In this document: positions 37,203-54,264 of the stretch, in pieces
Layout of the letters: the number at the start of each line of letters is the position of its first letter
How positions within the stretch are numbered: position 1 is the stretch's first letter
Source of the DNA: Nitrosopumilus sp.
GTDB lineage: Archaea; Thermoproteota; Nitrososphaeria; Nitrososphaerales; Nitrosopumilaceae
Direction of reading: 5' to 3'
DNA: 64,000 nt
Assembly: GCA_965207075.1 (NCBI GenBank)
Contig: CBDBLO010000002.1
Coordinates: 1,408,001-1,472,000 of the forward strand
Program-made: the position numbers and the translations under genes
Notes under the pieces: model-generated
The model's input: only the letters and a program-made list of their open reading frames with translations
What the model was told of the DNA's origin: nothing
Databases searched by the model: none

Positions 37203-38189
37203 TCAGGGGGGGCGGGGGCGGCACTTTAGCAGGGCGTACTGGATGATCCCCGCGCTCGAAGCCCGGCCCATCTTTCTCATAGAGATGGCCATCACCGGCT
37301 CAAGGTATGACGGGTACCCCATGTCACGTACCGCCTTCCTTATGTCGCGACGATTCGAGAGGTAGTAATCCGCAAGGGGTCCATAAACAGAGTCGCCGAC
37401 AAGCCGCTCGTCGGATATTCCAAAGCCGCAGTCATGCAGGGTTCTGCGGACGTACGAGAGCAGATAGTGCTCTGACGCCCATGTAAAGTTCAGTATGCCG
37501 AGGCGGGCCAGGGTCATGCGGCTCCGCGTCACGACGGGGATCGCAACTGCCAGAATCCCGTCCTCGGAGAGCAGGCGCCTGCACTCGGACACAAAGGAAC
37601 CAAGGGGCCTAAAGTGCTGGGCCGACTCAAGCGCGATAATTCGGTCTACGGAACCCGATGCAAGCGGGAGCGCGGTCGCCGACGAGTTTATTGCATTGAG
37701 GGCTACGGGGGCTTCCACGGACGCGGCACCGTCCCCGTGATCACCCTTGCAGGCGGCGCTGCTTTCACCGTCCGGTACGACACCGGAAGGGCGCCTGCGG
37801 CCATTGCAACCGTGTCCACCGGCGCCGGAAAGCCCGGATGCCCCGCGCAGCTGCGCATAGCTTGTGTTCACGCAGTGCAAAACCAGTTCCGGATTGGCGC
37901 GCTTCCAGTATGCGGCAGGAGCACAAAAGCCGCACCCCACGTCAACCACCGCAAGGGGGCCGCCGAGCTCCGCCATGTCTGAGACCACCCCGCACATGTT
38001 CTCCTGCGCGAGCGCCGGCGTGTCGTGCGCGTCGTCCCAGTATCCAAAGTTGAGCATCCGGCTCCCCGCAATGCCGCACATGAGCGGCGACAGCACGTCG
38101 TACATGGCCGCCACGCTGCGCGGATCCCTGCTTACGGACCACTTCAGTATGTCGTACACGCCAAGCATGCCACGAGCCGTTGGGCTCAT
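37203..38189 (-). CDS. Class I SAM-dependent methyltransferase (sterol/natural-product O-methyltransferase-like)
   Basis: LNFGYW, VDVGCGF, ATALP...GSVDRIIALESAQHF, with a ~40-aa Gly-rich insertion. Confidence 0.85.
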   Translation of the reverse strand: MSPTARGMLGVYDILKWSVSRDPRSVAAMYDVLSPLMCGIAGSRMLNFGYWDDAHDTPALAQENMCGVVSDMAELGGPLAVVDVGCGFCAPAAYWKRANPELVLHCVNTSYAQLRGASGLSGAGGHGCNGRRRPSGVVPDGESSAACKGDHGDGAASVEAPVALNAINSSATALPLASGSVDRIIALESAQHFRPLGSFVSECRRLLSEDGILAVAIPVVTRSRMTLARLGILNFTWASEHYLLSYVRRTLHDCGFGISDERLVGDSVYGPLADYYLSNRRDIRKAVRDMGYPSYLEPVMAISMRKMGRASSAGIIQYALLKCRPRPP

Positions 38190-38394
38190 TCAGATATGAA
38201 CCATGTACAGCAAACAGGAACATGAACGGTCGTACAAGAAAGGGGTAGCGGCAGGCCGGCGCCGGCAGGCGCAGCTTACGCTACCGTACCATCAAATTGA
38301 AAAAAATGAGGATTTGCAAGCGGTCGTGTAATATATGAGAGTCGACGTCATCGCGGCACGTGTGAGGCGTGTCGCGCATGGCCTCTATGTAAGT

Positions 38395-41375
<2,981 letters not shown>

Positions 41376-41530
41376 CGGCATATTCAGCCACATATTACAC
41401 GACCATGCACGACCTCACAGCAAGCGGCCCCGGGTGGGGGCTCGCCCGCTCGATCCTTGATACGCCACGTTAATGGCGTACTGCAGAAGATATGTGATAA
41501 TAACAGCAACGCACCGCATCCGAGTTTTCT

Positions 41531-43002
<1,472 letters not shown>

Positions 43003-43716
43003 CTGAAATGATGATTACACAATATACGTTCGTCCTTGTGTATGACTTTTGTTTGTTGTCGAAATTGGTGGTTGCTATTATTGCACATAATCTTCACATC
43101 TCAGATATTGACCGCTTGATCAAATCCTCATCTCTGTATGCGTGACTGGAGGCCCGTGAATCACAACGTGGCATGTTGCCACACTTCATCACAGGCGCCG
43201 CCTATTGCGAAACGCATGCAGATTATATTATGTCCTAAAAAGCATATAAACCATGCGAGAAGCCGCGCGCGCAGGCCCACCGCCCGGGCCTGATCTAGGC
43301 ACGATGCCCGGCGCATGCCCGAGGGCGCACGCTCCAGTTTCCCAAAGATTTCAGGAGGGCCGAGCAACTGCCCTTCGGCGGAAAGGCTGCCTCTCTTCCT
43401 CCGCACGCACCCCGGGGCCCGGCGCCGGCGCGACTGCGGCGCCTCGTAAAACCTAACGCCGATGCGGCGCGGCGCGTTCCCTCTTTGCGCCACGCCAAGC
43501 ACCGCCCGGTTCCTCCAGTCGATTACGCCCGTGCAATAGTAAGGCAGGGACAGATCACGGCCCGCGGCGGGGTTTCAAGATGGGAGGGGCCGCGGCGCGC
43601 CGGCGCGGCGTTACGGCAGGCAGAAGAATCGTGGTCACGGCCACAGTCAGTCGGCGGCGTCACGATCAGCACGCGCCCAGGATTGGTTAAAATTACAAGC
43701 ACGGAAGAATAAACTG

Positions 43717-45024
43717 TTGAACGCATACGAGGCCGAATATTCAAGAAAGACCCCGACATCGGCCAGGCTGTTTGCAGAATCAGCAAAAATGCACATAAAC
43801 GGGGTGTCGCACAACATCAGATACTTTGAGCCGTACCCGTTTGTCGTAAAATCATCGGAGGGCGGCAGCCTGATAGATGTCGACGGCAACAGGTACACGG
43901 ACTACTGGATGGGGCACTGGAGCCTCATACAGGGGCACGCTCCCAAGCACGTAGTACGCAGCCTGCACGATCAGTTGGAAGACGGTTGGATGTACGGGAC
44001 GGTAAACGAGCAGACCATAAAACTGTCAAAAATCATATCAGGTGCGGTGCCGGCGGCAGAAAAGATACGATACACCGCATCCGGTACCGAGGCAGTCATG
44101 TATGCAGCAAGGCTTGCGCGCACACACACCAAGAGGGACGTGATTGCAAAGGTCGACGGGGGGTGGCACGGGTACGCGTCGGATCTACTGAAGAGCGTAA
44201 ACTGGCCCTTCAATGAGTCGGAGAGCTCTGGGCTCGTGGGCGCAGACAACATAGTCTCCGTCCCGTACAACGATCTTGATGCGACGGTAAAGATCCTGTC
44301 GGGGTGCAAAAGCAGGCTTGCGGGCATCATAGTCGAGCCCGTGCTGGGCGGTGCCGGCGGCATTCCCGCATCGGCCGAGTACCTGGCAGGCGTCCAGGAG
44401 TTTGCCCACGGGTGCGGCGCGCTCTTCATCCTGGACGAGATTGTGACTGGTTTTAGGCTCAGGTATGGCTGCATGTACGAATCGATGCCGCTTGAGCCGG
44501 ATGTCATAACCTTGGGAAAGATAATAGGCGGGGGAATGCCCATAGGGGCGGTTTGCGGCGCCGACGAGATAATGGCGCACGCCGACGCATCAAGCGCGGG
44601 CCGCAGTTATATCGGAGGGGGGACGTTTTCTGCAAACCCGGCGTCCATGACGGCCGGAAGGGCCACGCTCGAGTACATGAGAGACAACCAGTCCACATAC
44701 GACAGGATGTCAAGCATGGGGGCGCGTGCAAGGTCTGGAATTACGGAGGTTCTCGGGGACGAGGCTGCGGACGTAACTGGCACGGGCTCCATATTCATGG
44801 TCCATTTTGCGGCGCCTGGCAAGAGGCACGCGGGGGTGCGCAACGCGGAGCAGGCTGCACTATGCGACCAAGACAAGCTTCACCAGTACCACCTCAAGAT
44901 GATTGCGCAGGATGGAATATTCATGCTTCCCGGCAAGATGGGCGCAATATCCAGCGCGCATGCGGACGGCGACATAGAACGGCTTGTGGCAGCGTCAGAG
45001 AATTTCAAGAGGCACCACAAATAA
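43717..45024 (+). CDS. hemL: Glutamate-1-semialdehyde 2,1-aminomutase
   Basis: DVDGNRY.DY, SGTEA.M.A.RLAR, FILDEIVTGFR, LGKIIGGGMPIGA, GGTFSANP. Divergent from 16S. Confidence 0.9.
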   Translation: MNAYEAEYSRKTPTSARLFAESAKMHINGVSHNIRYFEPYPFVVKSSEGGSLIDVDGNRYTDYWMGHWSLIQGHAPKHVVRSLHDQLEDGWMYGTVNEQTIKLSKIISGAVPAAEKIRYTASGTEAVMYAARLARTHTKRDVIAKVDGGWHGYASDLLKSVNWPFNESESSGLVGADNIVSVPYNDLDATVKILSGCKSRLAGIIVEPVLGGAGGIPASAEYLAGVQEFAHGCGALFILDEIVTGFRLRYGCMYESMPLEPDVITLGKIIGGGMPIGAVCGADEIMAHADASSAGRSYIGGGTFSANPASMTAGRATLEYMRDNQSTYDRMSSMGARARSGITEVLGDEAADVTGTGSIFMVHFAAPGKRHAGVRNAEQAALCDQDKLHQYHLKMIAQDGIFMLPGKMGAISSAHADGDIERLVAASENFKRHHK

Positions 45025-45092
45025 CATAGCAAGCCGCTGCAGGACGCCGCCGTGAATTACCAGGCAGCAGGGGCGCCGTACGGCGGTTCATG

Positions 45093-45443
45093 TCAGTACC
45101 TGTGCGCGCGCATCCAGTCCGCAATGCCAGCAAAAGCTTCCAGATAGCGATCCGCCCCTAGGGCCGCGTACACGTGGACGTGGGCGTAATTACCCATGCA
45201 GACGCCCTCAAACATCATCCTGCATTCCTTTCTAAAGAACGGTACGGAGGCGCCCACATTCTTCAGCGCCTCAAAACCACACCCGTTTATCGTGACGCTC
45301 CGGTCGGCCAGCTCGACTTTGCGCAGAGTCGAGCTTGTGTTGATTTTAGCATCCACGGTCTCCTGAAAATCCCCGCTCCACTCGGGGGTGTCGTGGGGCC
45401 ACCTGTGGGCAAACACCTTGGTCGCATCAAATTCATACGGCAT
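45093..45443 (-). CDS. Hypothetical protein
   Basis: Globular-looking 116-aa ORF with TTTATTA ~25 nt upstream. Confidence 0.65.
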   Translation of the reverse strand: MPYEFDATKVFAHRWPHDTPEWSGDFQETVDAKINTSSTLRKVELADRSVTINGCGFEALKNVGASVPFFRKECRMMFEGVCMGNYAHVHVYAALGADRYLEAFAGIADWMRAHRY

Positions 45444-45565
45444 GCGCGTAGGGCGCCATGACGGCGGTAATAAAGACTGCCGCGGACGCGACTGCCGCGG
45501 CAGTGGCGGCGGCAGTCAGACGCAGGTTCGTCTTGCTTTATTACGGAGTGCAAATCAGGAATGTC

Positions 45566-45650
45566 GCCGGGATAGCCAAGTGGTAAGGCGGCCGTCTCGA
45601 AAACGGCTACGCGAAAGCGTTCAGGGGTTCGAGTCCCTTTCCCGGCGCCA
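45566..45650 (+). tRNA. tRNA-Ser(CGA), CCA encoded
   Basis: Acceptor GCCGGGA/TCCCGGC, anticodon arm GCCGT-CT-CGA-AA-ACGGC, long variable arm ACGC-GAAA-GCGT, GTTCGAGT. Confidence 0.95.
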
Positions 45651-45734
45651 TTGACTACAAAGCTGTGCACGATAGGCTCGGGACCGCCATCACGGCACAC
45701 GGCAGCAGGGCGAATGCAGGACGCGCCGCCGCAA

Positions 45735-46199
45735 TCATATGATCGCAGATACGGACCGCTCAAAGTCCGACTCGTACCAGACGGTCTTGTAGGAAGTGTT
45801 GCCGCCGCGCCGGCCCGGAAGCACGTTGATGGCCACATGAGAGAACGTCCTCTTTTGGTCAACAGAGCCGTGCGTATGCAGCATGTCGGCCGGAATGTAC
45901 ACCACGTCCCCGGCCGAGAGCTTTACCGTCCTAGTGCGCCTTATTGCAAAGCGGCGTTTAGAGCCGCCTAGTCTCTCAAAGACCTCGAGGCTTCCCGCTC
46001 CCTTTGTGGCCATCAGAATCTGATCGCCGTTATGGGCGTGAAGCTTGGTCCTAGAGCCCGACTCGAAGTGGACGTGGTACATGTCGTGCCCCTTGGATCC
46101 TATCACGTCGGATACGGAGCGCATCCAGGTGCGGCCGGTAAACCAGCTCGGGTCAACCTTTCTCAGGTTGCTTTTGCCGTTGATGTTTGCCTTTCTCAT
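45735..46199 (-). CDS. Cupin domain protein
   Basis: V.F..GSRT.LHAH..DQIL and L.AGDVVYIP....H.HG. Confidence 0.88.
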   Translation of the reverse strand: MRKANINGKSNLRKVDPSWFTGRTWMRSVSDVIGSKGHDMYHVHFESGSRTKLHAHNGDQILMATKGAGSLEVFERLGGSKRRFAIRRTRTVKLSAGDVVYIPADMLHTHGSVDQKRTFSHVAINVLPGRRGGNTSYKTVWYESDFERSVSAII

Positions 46200-46561
46200 A
46201 TCTGCTCTAGTATCTTTTTCTTTTTGGACTGGAACTCGCGCTCCGTAATCACGCCCTTGTCCTTTAGCTCGCCTAGTTTTTCGATCAGCTCCAAGTCGCG
46301 CATGGAGTCGCGGCTACCGCCGCGCTTTAGACTCTTTAGTTTGTCATTGAGCACCTTTTCGGCCTTTTTTTGCATCTTTGATTCCTCCCTCAAGGCCTTT
46401 TCGCTAAGCTTTCTGCCCGTCTTGGCCGCCTCCTTGGCAGAGATTGCTCCGACTTCGACGGCCTCGGCAAGAACGGCGTCAGCCTTTTTGACGCCCTCCT
46501 GTACCGCCTCGTCGGCTTTTTTGAGAAACTTCCCGATATAGCCGTCGCTGTCAGAAGACAT
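46196..46561 (-). CDS. SHOCT-domain protein
   Basis: C-terminal LELIEKLGELKDKGVITEREFQSKKKKIL. Overlaps the cupin start. Confidence 0.85.
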   Translation of the reverse strand: MSSDSDGYIGKFLKKADEAVQEGVKKADAVLAEAVEVGAISAKEAAKTGRKLSEKALREESKMQKKAEKVLNDKLKSLKRGGSRDSMRDLELIEKLGELKDKGVITEREFQSKKKKILEQI

Positions 46562-46862
46562 ACTGTGTGCAGAGAAGGGGCACGTAATAATTCTTTGCAT
46601 GGCACCGAAGAGCGGGCGCGGGCCGCTGAAAAACCCGTGCCGGCCGGTCCCTATTGCCGGGTTTCACAGGCAGAAGGCAGTACGCGCGCGCCGAATTACA
46701 AGCTCAGGCAGATTCCAAACGCGTGCTCTGGAACAACTGCGCCGCGCAAGTTCAGTCATAAGATCACAGTTTGCTGGAAGGATGCATATCTATGCAGGGT
46801 CGCGCCAAGGACGGCACGCCGCAGTCGCGCGTGTATGCACCCCCCCCCCCCCCGAGACCCAC

Positions 46863-47720
46863 TCACAGGCGTGCAATCCTTCTGAACTGCGGATTGTCAT
46901 GGAGGGGTACGAACGCCGGCTCATCTTTTGCCCACTGGCGGATTGTCTTTGAGCGCGACGAGGCGGCCTGCTTTAGGAGTTCCAGAGCCTCCGGATAACG
47001 TCCCAGTGCGGCAAGGCTGCGGGATTTTGCGTACGTCAGATTCACGTTTGATCCGTGCGACGACAGCAAACGGTCATACACCCGAAGGGCCTCCTCGTGC
47101 CGGCCCGTCTCTGCAAGCTCGATCCCTCGGTGAAAGCGCGCGTCCGTGTGATCAGGGTGCTTTTTCAAGACACGCTCAAAGCATTCCATGGCCTCTGAGT
47201 GCATCTTCATTTTTCCAAGCACTATCCCCTTGTAAAATAACGCGTTTGCCTTTTTCGGATCAAGCGAGTGGGCTTTTTCAAGCATCTCGATGGCGTCCTC
47301 GCGCTCCTGCAGTCGATCAAGCAGGACGCCCATGTTAAAGTACGACGCGGCGTGCTTGGGATCGGCGCTTATCGCCTTTTGATAATACTCGGCGGCGTCC
47401 TGTATGTTGCCCATCTCGGCCATTGCGATTCCACGGTTGTTGAGGGCCTTGACGTCATCGGGGGATACGGCGAGCAGCTGGTCAAAGCAGGTGACCGCGT
47501 CGGAATATTTCTTAGCCATGTTGAGCGCCATGCCCTTGCCGTACAAAGCCCGGGTGCTGCGGGGATCGGACTTTAGTATTCTGTTGTACAGGGAGATGGC
47601 ATCCTTGGGCTTGCCGGATCCCGCAAGCGAGTCGGCCCTGTTCAGGATCTCCTTTGAGTCGGACTCAGAGATACGGCTGCCGCCGCTGTCCCCGCCGCGT
47701 CCAAAGTTGAAGAATCCCAC
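46863..47720 (-). CDS. Tetratricopeptide repeat protein
   Basis: About seven 34-aa TPR units (ALYGKG.AL, ALNNRG.A, ALFYKG.VL). Confidence 0.92.
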   Translation of the reverse strand: MGFFNFGRGGDSGGSRISESDSKEILNRADSLAGSGKPKDAISLYNRILKSDPRSTRALYGKGMALNMAKKYSDAVTCFDQLLAVSPDDVKALNNRGIAMAEMGNIQDAAEYYQKAISADPKHAASYFNMGVLLDRLQEREDAIEMLEKAHSLDPKKANALFYKGIVLGKMKMHSEAMECFERVLKKHPDHTDARFHRGIELAETGRHEEALRVYDRLLSSHGSNVNLTYAKSRSLAALGRYPEALELLKQAASSRSKTIRQWAKDEPAFVPLHDNPQFRRIARL

Positions 47721-47944
47721 GCACATGTTGTATACGGCACGAATTTACATTTTGTGGGATTGTGGCACGCGCGGACGCTTGCGCCGCGCCCGGGATGCGG
47801 GCGGAGGGGGGAGCGGCGGAGGGGGCCACGACGGGCGGAGGGGGCAGAGCAAGCCAGTTCCAAGGCCGGGCATGGCCAAGGGGCGCGACGTCGGCGTTGC
47901 TTGCCGCGCCGGTTATGGTCCGCTTACGGGCGCCGCCATGTGCG

Positions 47945-48115
47945 TCACGCTTCGCGCTTGTCACTGTCATCAGCGTCGCCGGCCCCGCAAAGGGCCTTGA
48001 ATTTCTCTATCGCCTCCAATGCCATCTTCTCTTGTTCGGCAGCAGACGTGTCGGTCGGATCATCAGAGGCGTACGCGTCGCCGCCCGCGTCCGAACCCGC
48101 GTCGTTCGAATCCAT
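47945..48115 (-). CDS. Small acidic hypothetical protein
   Basis: 56-aa ORF with helix EQEKMALEAIEKFKALC and TTTTAT ~30 nt upstream. Confidence 0.4.
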   Translation of the reverse strand: MDSNDAGSDAGGDAYASDDPTDTSAAEQEKMALEAIEKFKALCGAGDADDSDKREA

Positions 48116-48215
48116 GATTGGAGTGGCGGGGTGCATGCCCCCATAAAAGATTGATCACGCCGGATCCCCGCCGCTTATGCGGTACGATGTATCGCGGCCT
48201 TGCGCCGCCGCCGCC

Positions 48216-48262
<47 letters not shown>

Positions 48263-48363
48263 CGCCGCGCTCACCGTCACCGAGACGCCGGCGTGTCAGG
48301 GAGGCTGGCTTGCCCGCAGCAACGGCGACAAACACAAAATAACGACGCGCCCGCAACCGGGGC

Positions 48364-49389
48364 ATGGGCGTAAACATAAAGGACATAATCACGACAAGGG
48401 AGAGGACCGACATAGGATACTTTGCCTCAAAGGTCGTGGCAATCGACGCATACAACGCGATATACCAGTTCCTCTCGAGCATACGCGGCGTCGACGGGGC
48501 CCAGATGGCCGATTCGAGCGGAAGGGTGACAAGCCACCTCAGCGGGCTGTTCAACCGCAACGTCAGCTTTCTTGTAACCGGCGTCAAGCCCGTCTACGTG
48601 TTTGACGGCAAGCCGCCGTCCCTCAAGTCTGCAGAGGTGGAGAGGAGGCGCCAGGTGAAGAGGGACGCGGCCGTAAAATATGAAAAGGCCGTATCCAAGG
48701 GCGACATGGCCGAGGCCAGAAAGTTTGCGCAGCAGACCACGTCACTTCAGGACGGGATGATACAAGAGTCAAAGCAGCTGCTGGATCTGCTGGGCATCCC
48801 GTACGTGGACGCCCCGTCAGAAGGCGAGGCGGTCTCGGCGCACATGGCAAGCACGGGGGTTGCCTTTGCATCCGCAAGCCAGGATTTTGACTCCGTGCTG
48901 TTCGGGGCAAAACGGCTCGTCAGGAACTTTACAAGCGGCAAGAGGAGGAAGAACCCGAACAGCAACACGTACGTCGACGTCGTGCCCGAGATAATCGAGG
49001 CGCGCAAGGTGTACGACGCGCTGGGCATAACCCACGAGCAGATAGTCGACATCGGAATACTCGTAGGGACGGACTTCAACCCCCGCGGCTTTGAGAGGAT
49101 CGGCCCGAAGACCGCGCTCAAGCTGATCAAGAGGCACAAGAGGCTGGAGGACATACCGTCCATACAGGAACAGCTGGGCAGGACGGAGTACGAGGAGATA
49201 CGCAGGATATTTCTCGCGCCCAAGGTGCCCGACGGGTACGCCCTGGAGTTCGGCGCGCCTGACCGCGACGGCATACTCGAGTATCTGGCAGCCGAGAGGG
49301 ACTTTAGCGCGGAGAGGATACAGTCCGCACTCCACAGGCTTGAAAAGGCCCAGGAAAGGCGCGGTCAGAGCCTTGAGAAGTGGTTCTGA
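48364..49389 (+). CDS. fen: Flap endonuclease 1
   Basis: [51 protein letters not shown] box QSLEKWF. Confidence 0.97.
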   Translation: MGVNIKDIITTRERTDIGYFASKVVAIDAYNAIYQFLSSIRGVDGAQMADSSGRVTSHLSGLFNRNVSFLVTGVKPVYVFDGKPPSLKSAEVERRRQVKRDAAVKYEKAVSKGDMAEARKFAQQTTSLQDGMIQESKQLLDLLGIPYVDAPSEGEAVSAHMASTGVAFASASQDFDSVLFGAKRLVRNFTSGKRRKNPNSNTYVDVVPEIIEARKVYDALGITHEQIVDIGILVGTDFNPRGFERIGPKTALKLIKRHKRLEDIPSIQEQLGRTEYEEIRRIFLAPKVPDGYALEFGAPDRDGILEYLAAERDFSAERIQSALHRLEKAQERRGQSLEKWF

Positions 49390-49563
49390 CGCGCGATCGT
49401 TACGTTGCGGCGCCTGCGGCGGCAGACGGCCCTGCTGCCATGCCGGGGGAGGGGGCGCTGCCACTTGCGGGCGTGACTTGCGGCTGCGGGGAGGGGGTGT
49501 GCGGGGCTCATGCCGCCTCCGCCCCAGCTCAACAATTAATTACAAAGCTCTGGCACACAGGGC

Positions 49564-50109
49564 ATGATCCAGACAGAGGCCAGGAGGACGCTCAAGGACG
49601 CGCCCATCATGTGGAGGAGGATAAACTCGATAGGGGTCATAATCGACTGCAACAGCACGTATGCTGCAAAGCTCCAGTACGCAAAGTCGGAGATAATAGG
49701 CAAGACGGTATTTGAGCACGTCCCCAAGGAGTCGTGGGACGGCATGACCAAGTCGCTGACCAGGTGGTTTGAGACGGGCAAGGTCACTGATCAAAAGATC
49801 GTCTTTCTCAAGGAGGACGGCACCAAGTTCCCCGGGCTGCTCCAGGCCACGAGCATCTACGACCGCACGGGCGTGTTGATGGGAAGCAACACCGCGATAT
49901 TCGACCTCGAGGAGATGGCTGCGAAAAGGTCCCTGATCAAGACATGCAATGATTTCATAAGGGACGCCAACAGGCGCCTCGAGGAGATCAGGAGGGAGCA
50001 GTACGAGGTTATGGACGACACCTCAAAGTCCGAGTGCGACGGGCTGAGGCAGATGTTCGAGATGCTGGCAGGCGTCGACCTGGCAGGCATGGTGGACGAC
50101 GCCGCGTGA
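49564..50109 (+). CDS. Stand-alone PAS protein with a C-terminal helical extension
   Basis: GVIIDCNSTYA.KL.Y.K.EIIG...FEH, paralogous to the domains in 34461-35186. Confidence 0.82.
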   Translation: MIQTEARRTLKDAPIMWRRINSIGVIIDCNSTYAAKLQYAKSEIIGKTVFEHVPKESWDGMTKSLTRWFETGKVTDQKIVFLKEDGTKFPGLLQATSIYDRTGVLMGSNTAIFDLEEMAAKRSLIKTCNDFIRDANRRLEEIRREQYEVMDDTSKSECDGLRQMFEMLAGVDLAGMVDDAA

Positions 50110-50179
50110 GCCGGCTGCGGCGGCAGTATTGGTAGTGGTAGCGGCGGCAACGGCGGCAGCGGCCCAGAAGAGCCGCATC

Positions 50180-52216
<2,037 letters not shown>

Positions 52217-52271
52217 GCGCTCTGTATGCGCCCACATTATCTAAATGTTAAAAAAAAAGAGGTGGCAGTGG

Positions 52272-53477
52272 TTACTGGGATTCCATGCGCGACAGCCAGT
52301 CGTCGTCGTTCTTTGGAGACGTCCGGGTGTCCCGAACCGCCGTGTTGCGCGGGGGTTCCGGAAACGCAAACTCCGCGCTAGCGGGGGGTTCGGGTTCCGG
52401 GGCTCCCGGTCCTGGCGCATACGGGGAGCCGGCGGCCTCTGCCTCTGCTGGCGAGGGGGCCGCAACATCCTCTCGTGGCACGTTCAGGTCCGGCATCGTG
52501 GTCGCCCCATCCGCGCCTGCAGCCGAGGCGGCGCCTGCGTCTAGGTTCGCGCTGGAGAAGGCATCCGGCATGCTGGACGTCCCGGGTGAAGAGGGTTGCT
52601 CCTCGTCGGGGGACCCTGCTGCCTGTGTCAAAGCCCCCTGTGCGCCGTCCGGAGATACCATTCCTGTTACCTCCGGCGACGGCGGCGTCGTCGTAGCTGC
52701 TGTCGCGGCGCCTATAGCCACTTCATCCGGCACGGTCGCGCGTTCTGCAAAGTCGCCCCTCGGCGTCTCGGGCAGAACTGCCTGCATCGGCTCGGAGGAT
52801 ACTGCCAGCTGCTCGGCATGCGGCTGCGCCGCATCCCCTGCAGTGATTCCCTCTCCGCTTATCACAAGATCGTTGACCTCGCGTATCTCAGTCTCCAGTC
52901 CGCGGATCCTCTCCTTGATGTTGCTGATCTCTGCAGTCTCATGAGACGCGTTCTCTATCAGGCCTCCTGTCGCCATCCTTACGGACTCGAACGTCGACTC
53001 TGGGATCTCGCTGCTCTTGTACTGGATCTTTGCATCAAAGAAGAGCATCTTGGCAGATCGTGACTGATCCTCAAGCTCGGCAAGCCTTGCATCCAAGGTT
53101 GCCTTGAGTTCAGCCATCATCTTCTGGAGTGAGTCGAGCTTGGTGCGGTATCTCTCCTCTAGGATCTCCGCATCCACGCGCATCTCGTCGTTTCCGGCCA
53201 CGATCTCGACCATTGCCCTCAGGCGGCGCAGCGTCAGCTGGTTCTCCCGAATCAGCCTCTGCGAGTCAAGCCGCCATTTTGGTATGAAGATGACTACGTC
53301 GCCCTGAACCACCAGGTGTTCGTCGGGGATCATCTGCAGCCCATTGGAGCCGCAGTCGACGCCGACGGACTGGATTGAACCGTCAATCTCAGTTATCGTG
53401 CCGACTATCTTGCCCATGTATGAGCCGTAGATGTCCTTGACGGACTTTCCGATGATCTCGGTGTCGTCGTGTGTCAT
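52272..53477 (-). CDS. cdvA: Cell division protein CdvA
   Basis: N-terminal PRC barrel IIGK.VKD.YG...G, then a coiled coil and a long acidic/Pro-rich tail. Confidence 0.85.
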   Translation of the reverse strand: MTHDDTEIIGKSVKDIYGSYMGKIVGTITEIDGSIQSVGVDCGSNGLQMIPDEHLVVQGDVVIFIPKWRLDSQRLIRENQLTLRRLRAMVEIVAGNDEMRVDAEILEERYRTKLDSLQKMMAELKATLDARLAELEDQSRSAKMLFFDAKIQYKSSEIPESTFESVRMATGGLIENASHETAEISNIKERIRGLETEIREVNDLVISGEGITAGDAAQPHAEQLAVSSEPMQAVLPETPRGDFAERATVPDEVAIGAATAATTTPPSPEVTGMVSPDGAQGALTQAAGSPDEEQPSSPGTSSMPDAFSSANLDAGAASAAGADGATTMPDLNVPREDVAAPSPAEAEAAGSPYAPGPGAPEPEPPASAEFAFPEPPRNTAVRDTRTSPKNDDDWLSRMESQ

Positions 53478-53733
53478 GTCGTACAATGCGGCGTTCGGTA
53501 TAACCTACGGCGTGTAAGAAATGTTGATCCGTTTTGTTAGATTGTTTTTACCAATCCGTTTGGGGGCGTGGGGCGGGGGATAAGGCGGGCGCATGGTGAT
53601 GGCGGTGGTGGTAGTAGTGATGGTGGTTATGGTGCCGGTGGTGGATGTACGGCATGCGGCGTGCTGCACGCCGGGGCGGTGGCTTGCTCCGCAGAGTCGC
53701 GCGCGGTGCGCGGCGAGTCCCCCCGGCAGAGCG

Positions 53734-54234
53734 TCATGGCAGGTCGGCATATATTGTGCGCGGCGCCGGCTGGCCCTCCCCGCGGATCTCCGTCTTTATC
53801 TGAACGTCCCCAAATACCGGATGGCGCACCTCGGAGACCACCGGGTTCACCGCCCAGCCGTATTTTGGCACTGACGGGAAATGCAAAGACGTGGAAAACT
53901 GGGGGCCGGTAAACTCCCTCCTGTACGTGTCGGCCATTCCAAGCACCTCCACCGTCACCGGGACTTTTGCGCCGGTGTCATCAACGTATGCAATTACCGC
54001 GGTTTTATTTTGTTCATAGTATATCGCGTCAATGCGTATGGATTCCTGCGCGGTTTGCGCGTCAATACTGCTGCTGCTGCTGCTGCCGCTGCCGCCGCGC
54101 GGCAGATCCGTCTCCACGGGCGCAGAGAATACGACGGCGAGCGCGATCGCGGCCACCGCCGCAGACGCCAGCGTCGCGGCAAGAATGCGGGTTTTGCGGC
54201 CGCGTCCGGGGGTAGAAAAAGGAGAGTCGCGCAT
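53734..54234 (-). CDS. Membrane-anchored hypothetical protein
   Basis: N-terminal TM helix, Ser linker, beta-rich domain. Confidence 0.7.
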   Translation of the reverse strand: MRDSPFSTPGRGRKTRILAATLASAAVAAIALAVVFSAPVETDLPRGGSGSSSSSSIDAQTAQESIRIDAIYYEQNKTAVIAYVDDTGAKVPVTVEVLGMADTYRREFTGPQFSTSLHFPSVPKYGWAVNPVVSEVRHPVFGDVQIKTEIRGEGQPAPRTIYADLP

Positions 54235-54264
54235 TAACCGTCACATCCGCTGCCGCCGTCGTCG

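Noticed and set aside
52272-53477. cdvA lacking adjacent cdvB/cdvC as an anomaly
   Set aside because: Dispersed cdv genes are normal in Thaumarchaeota.
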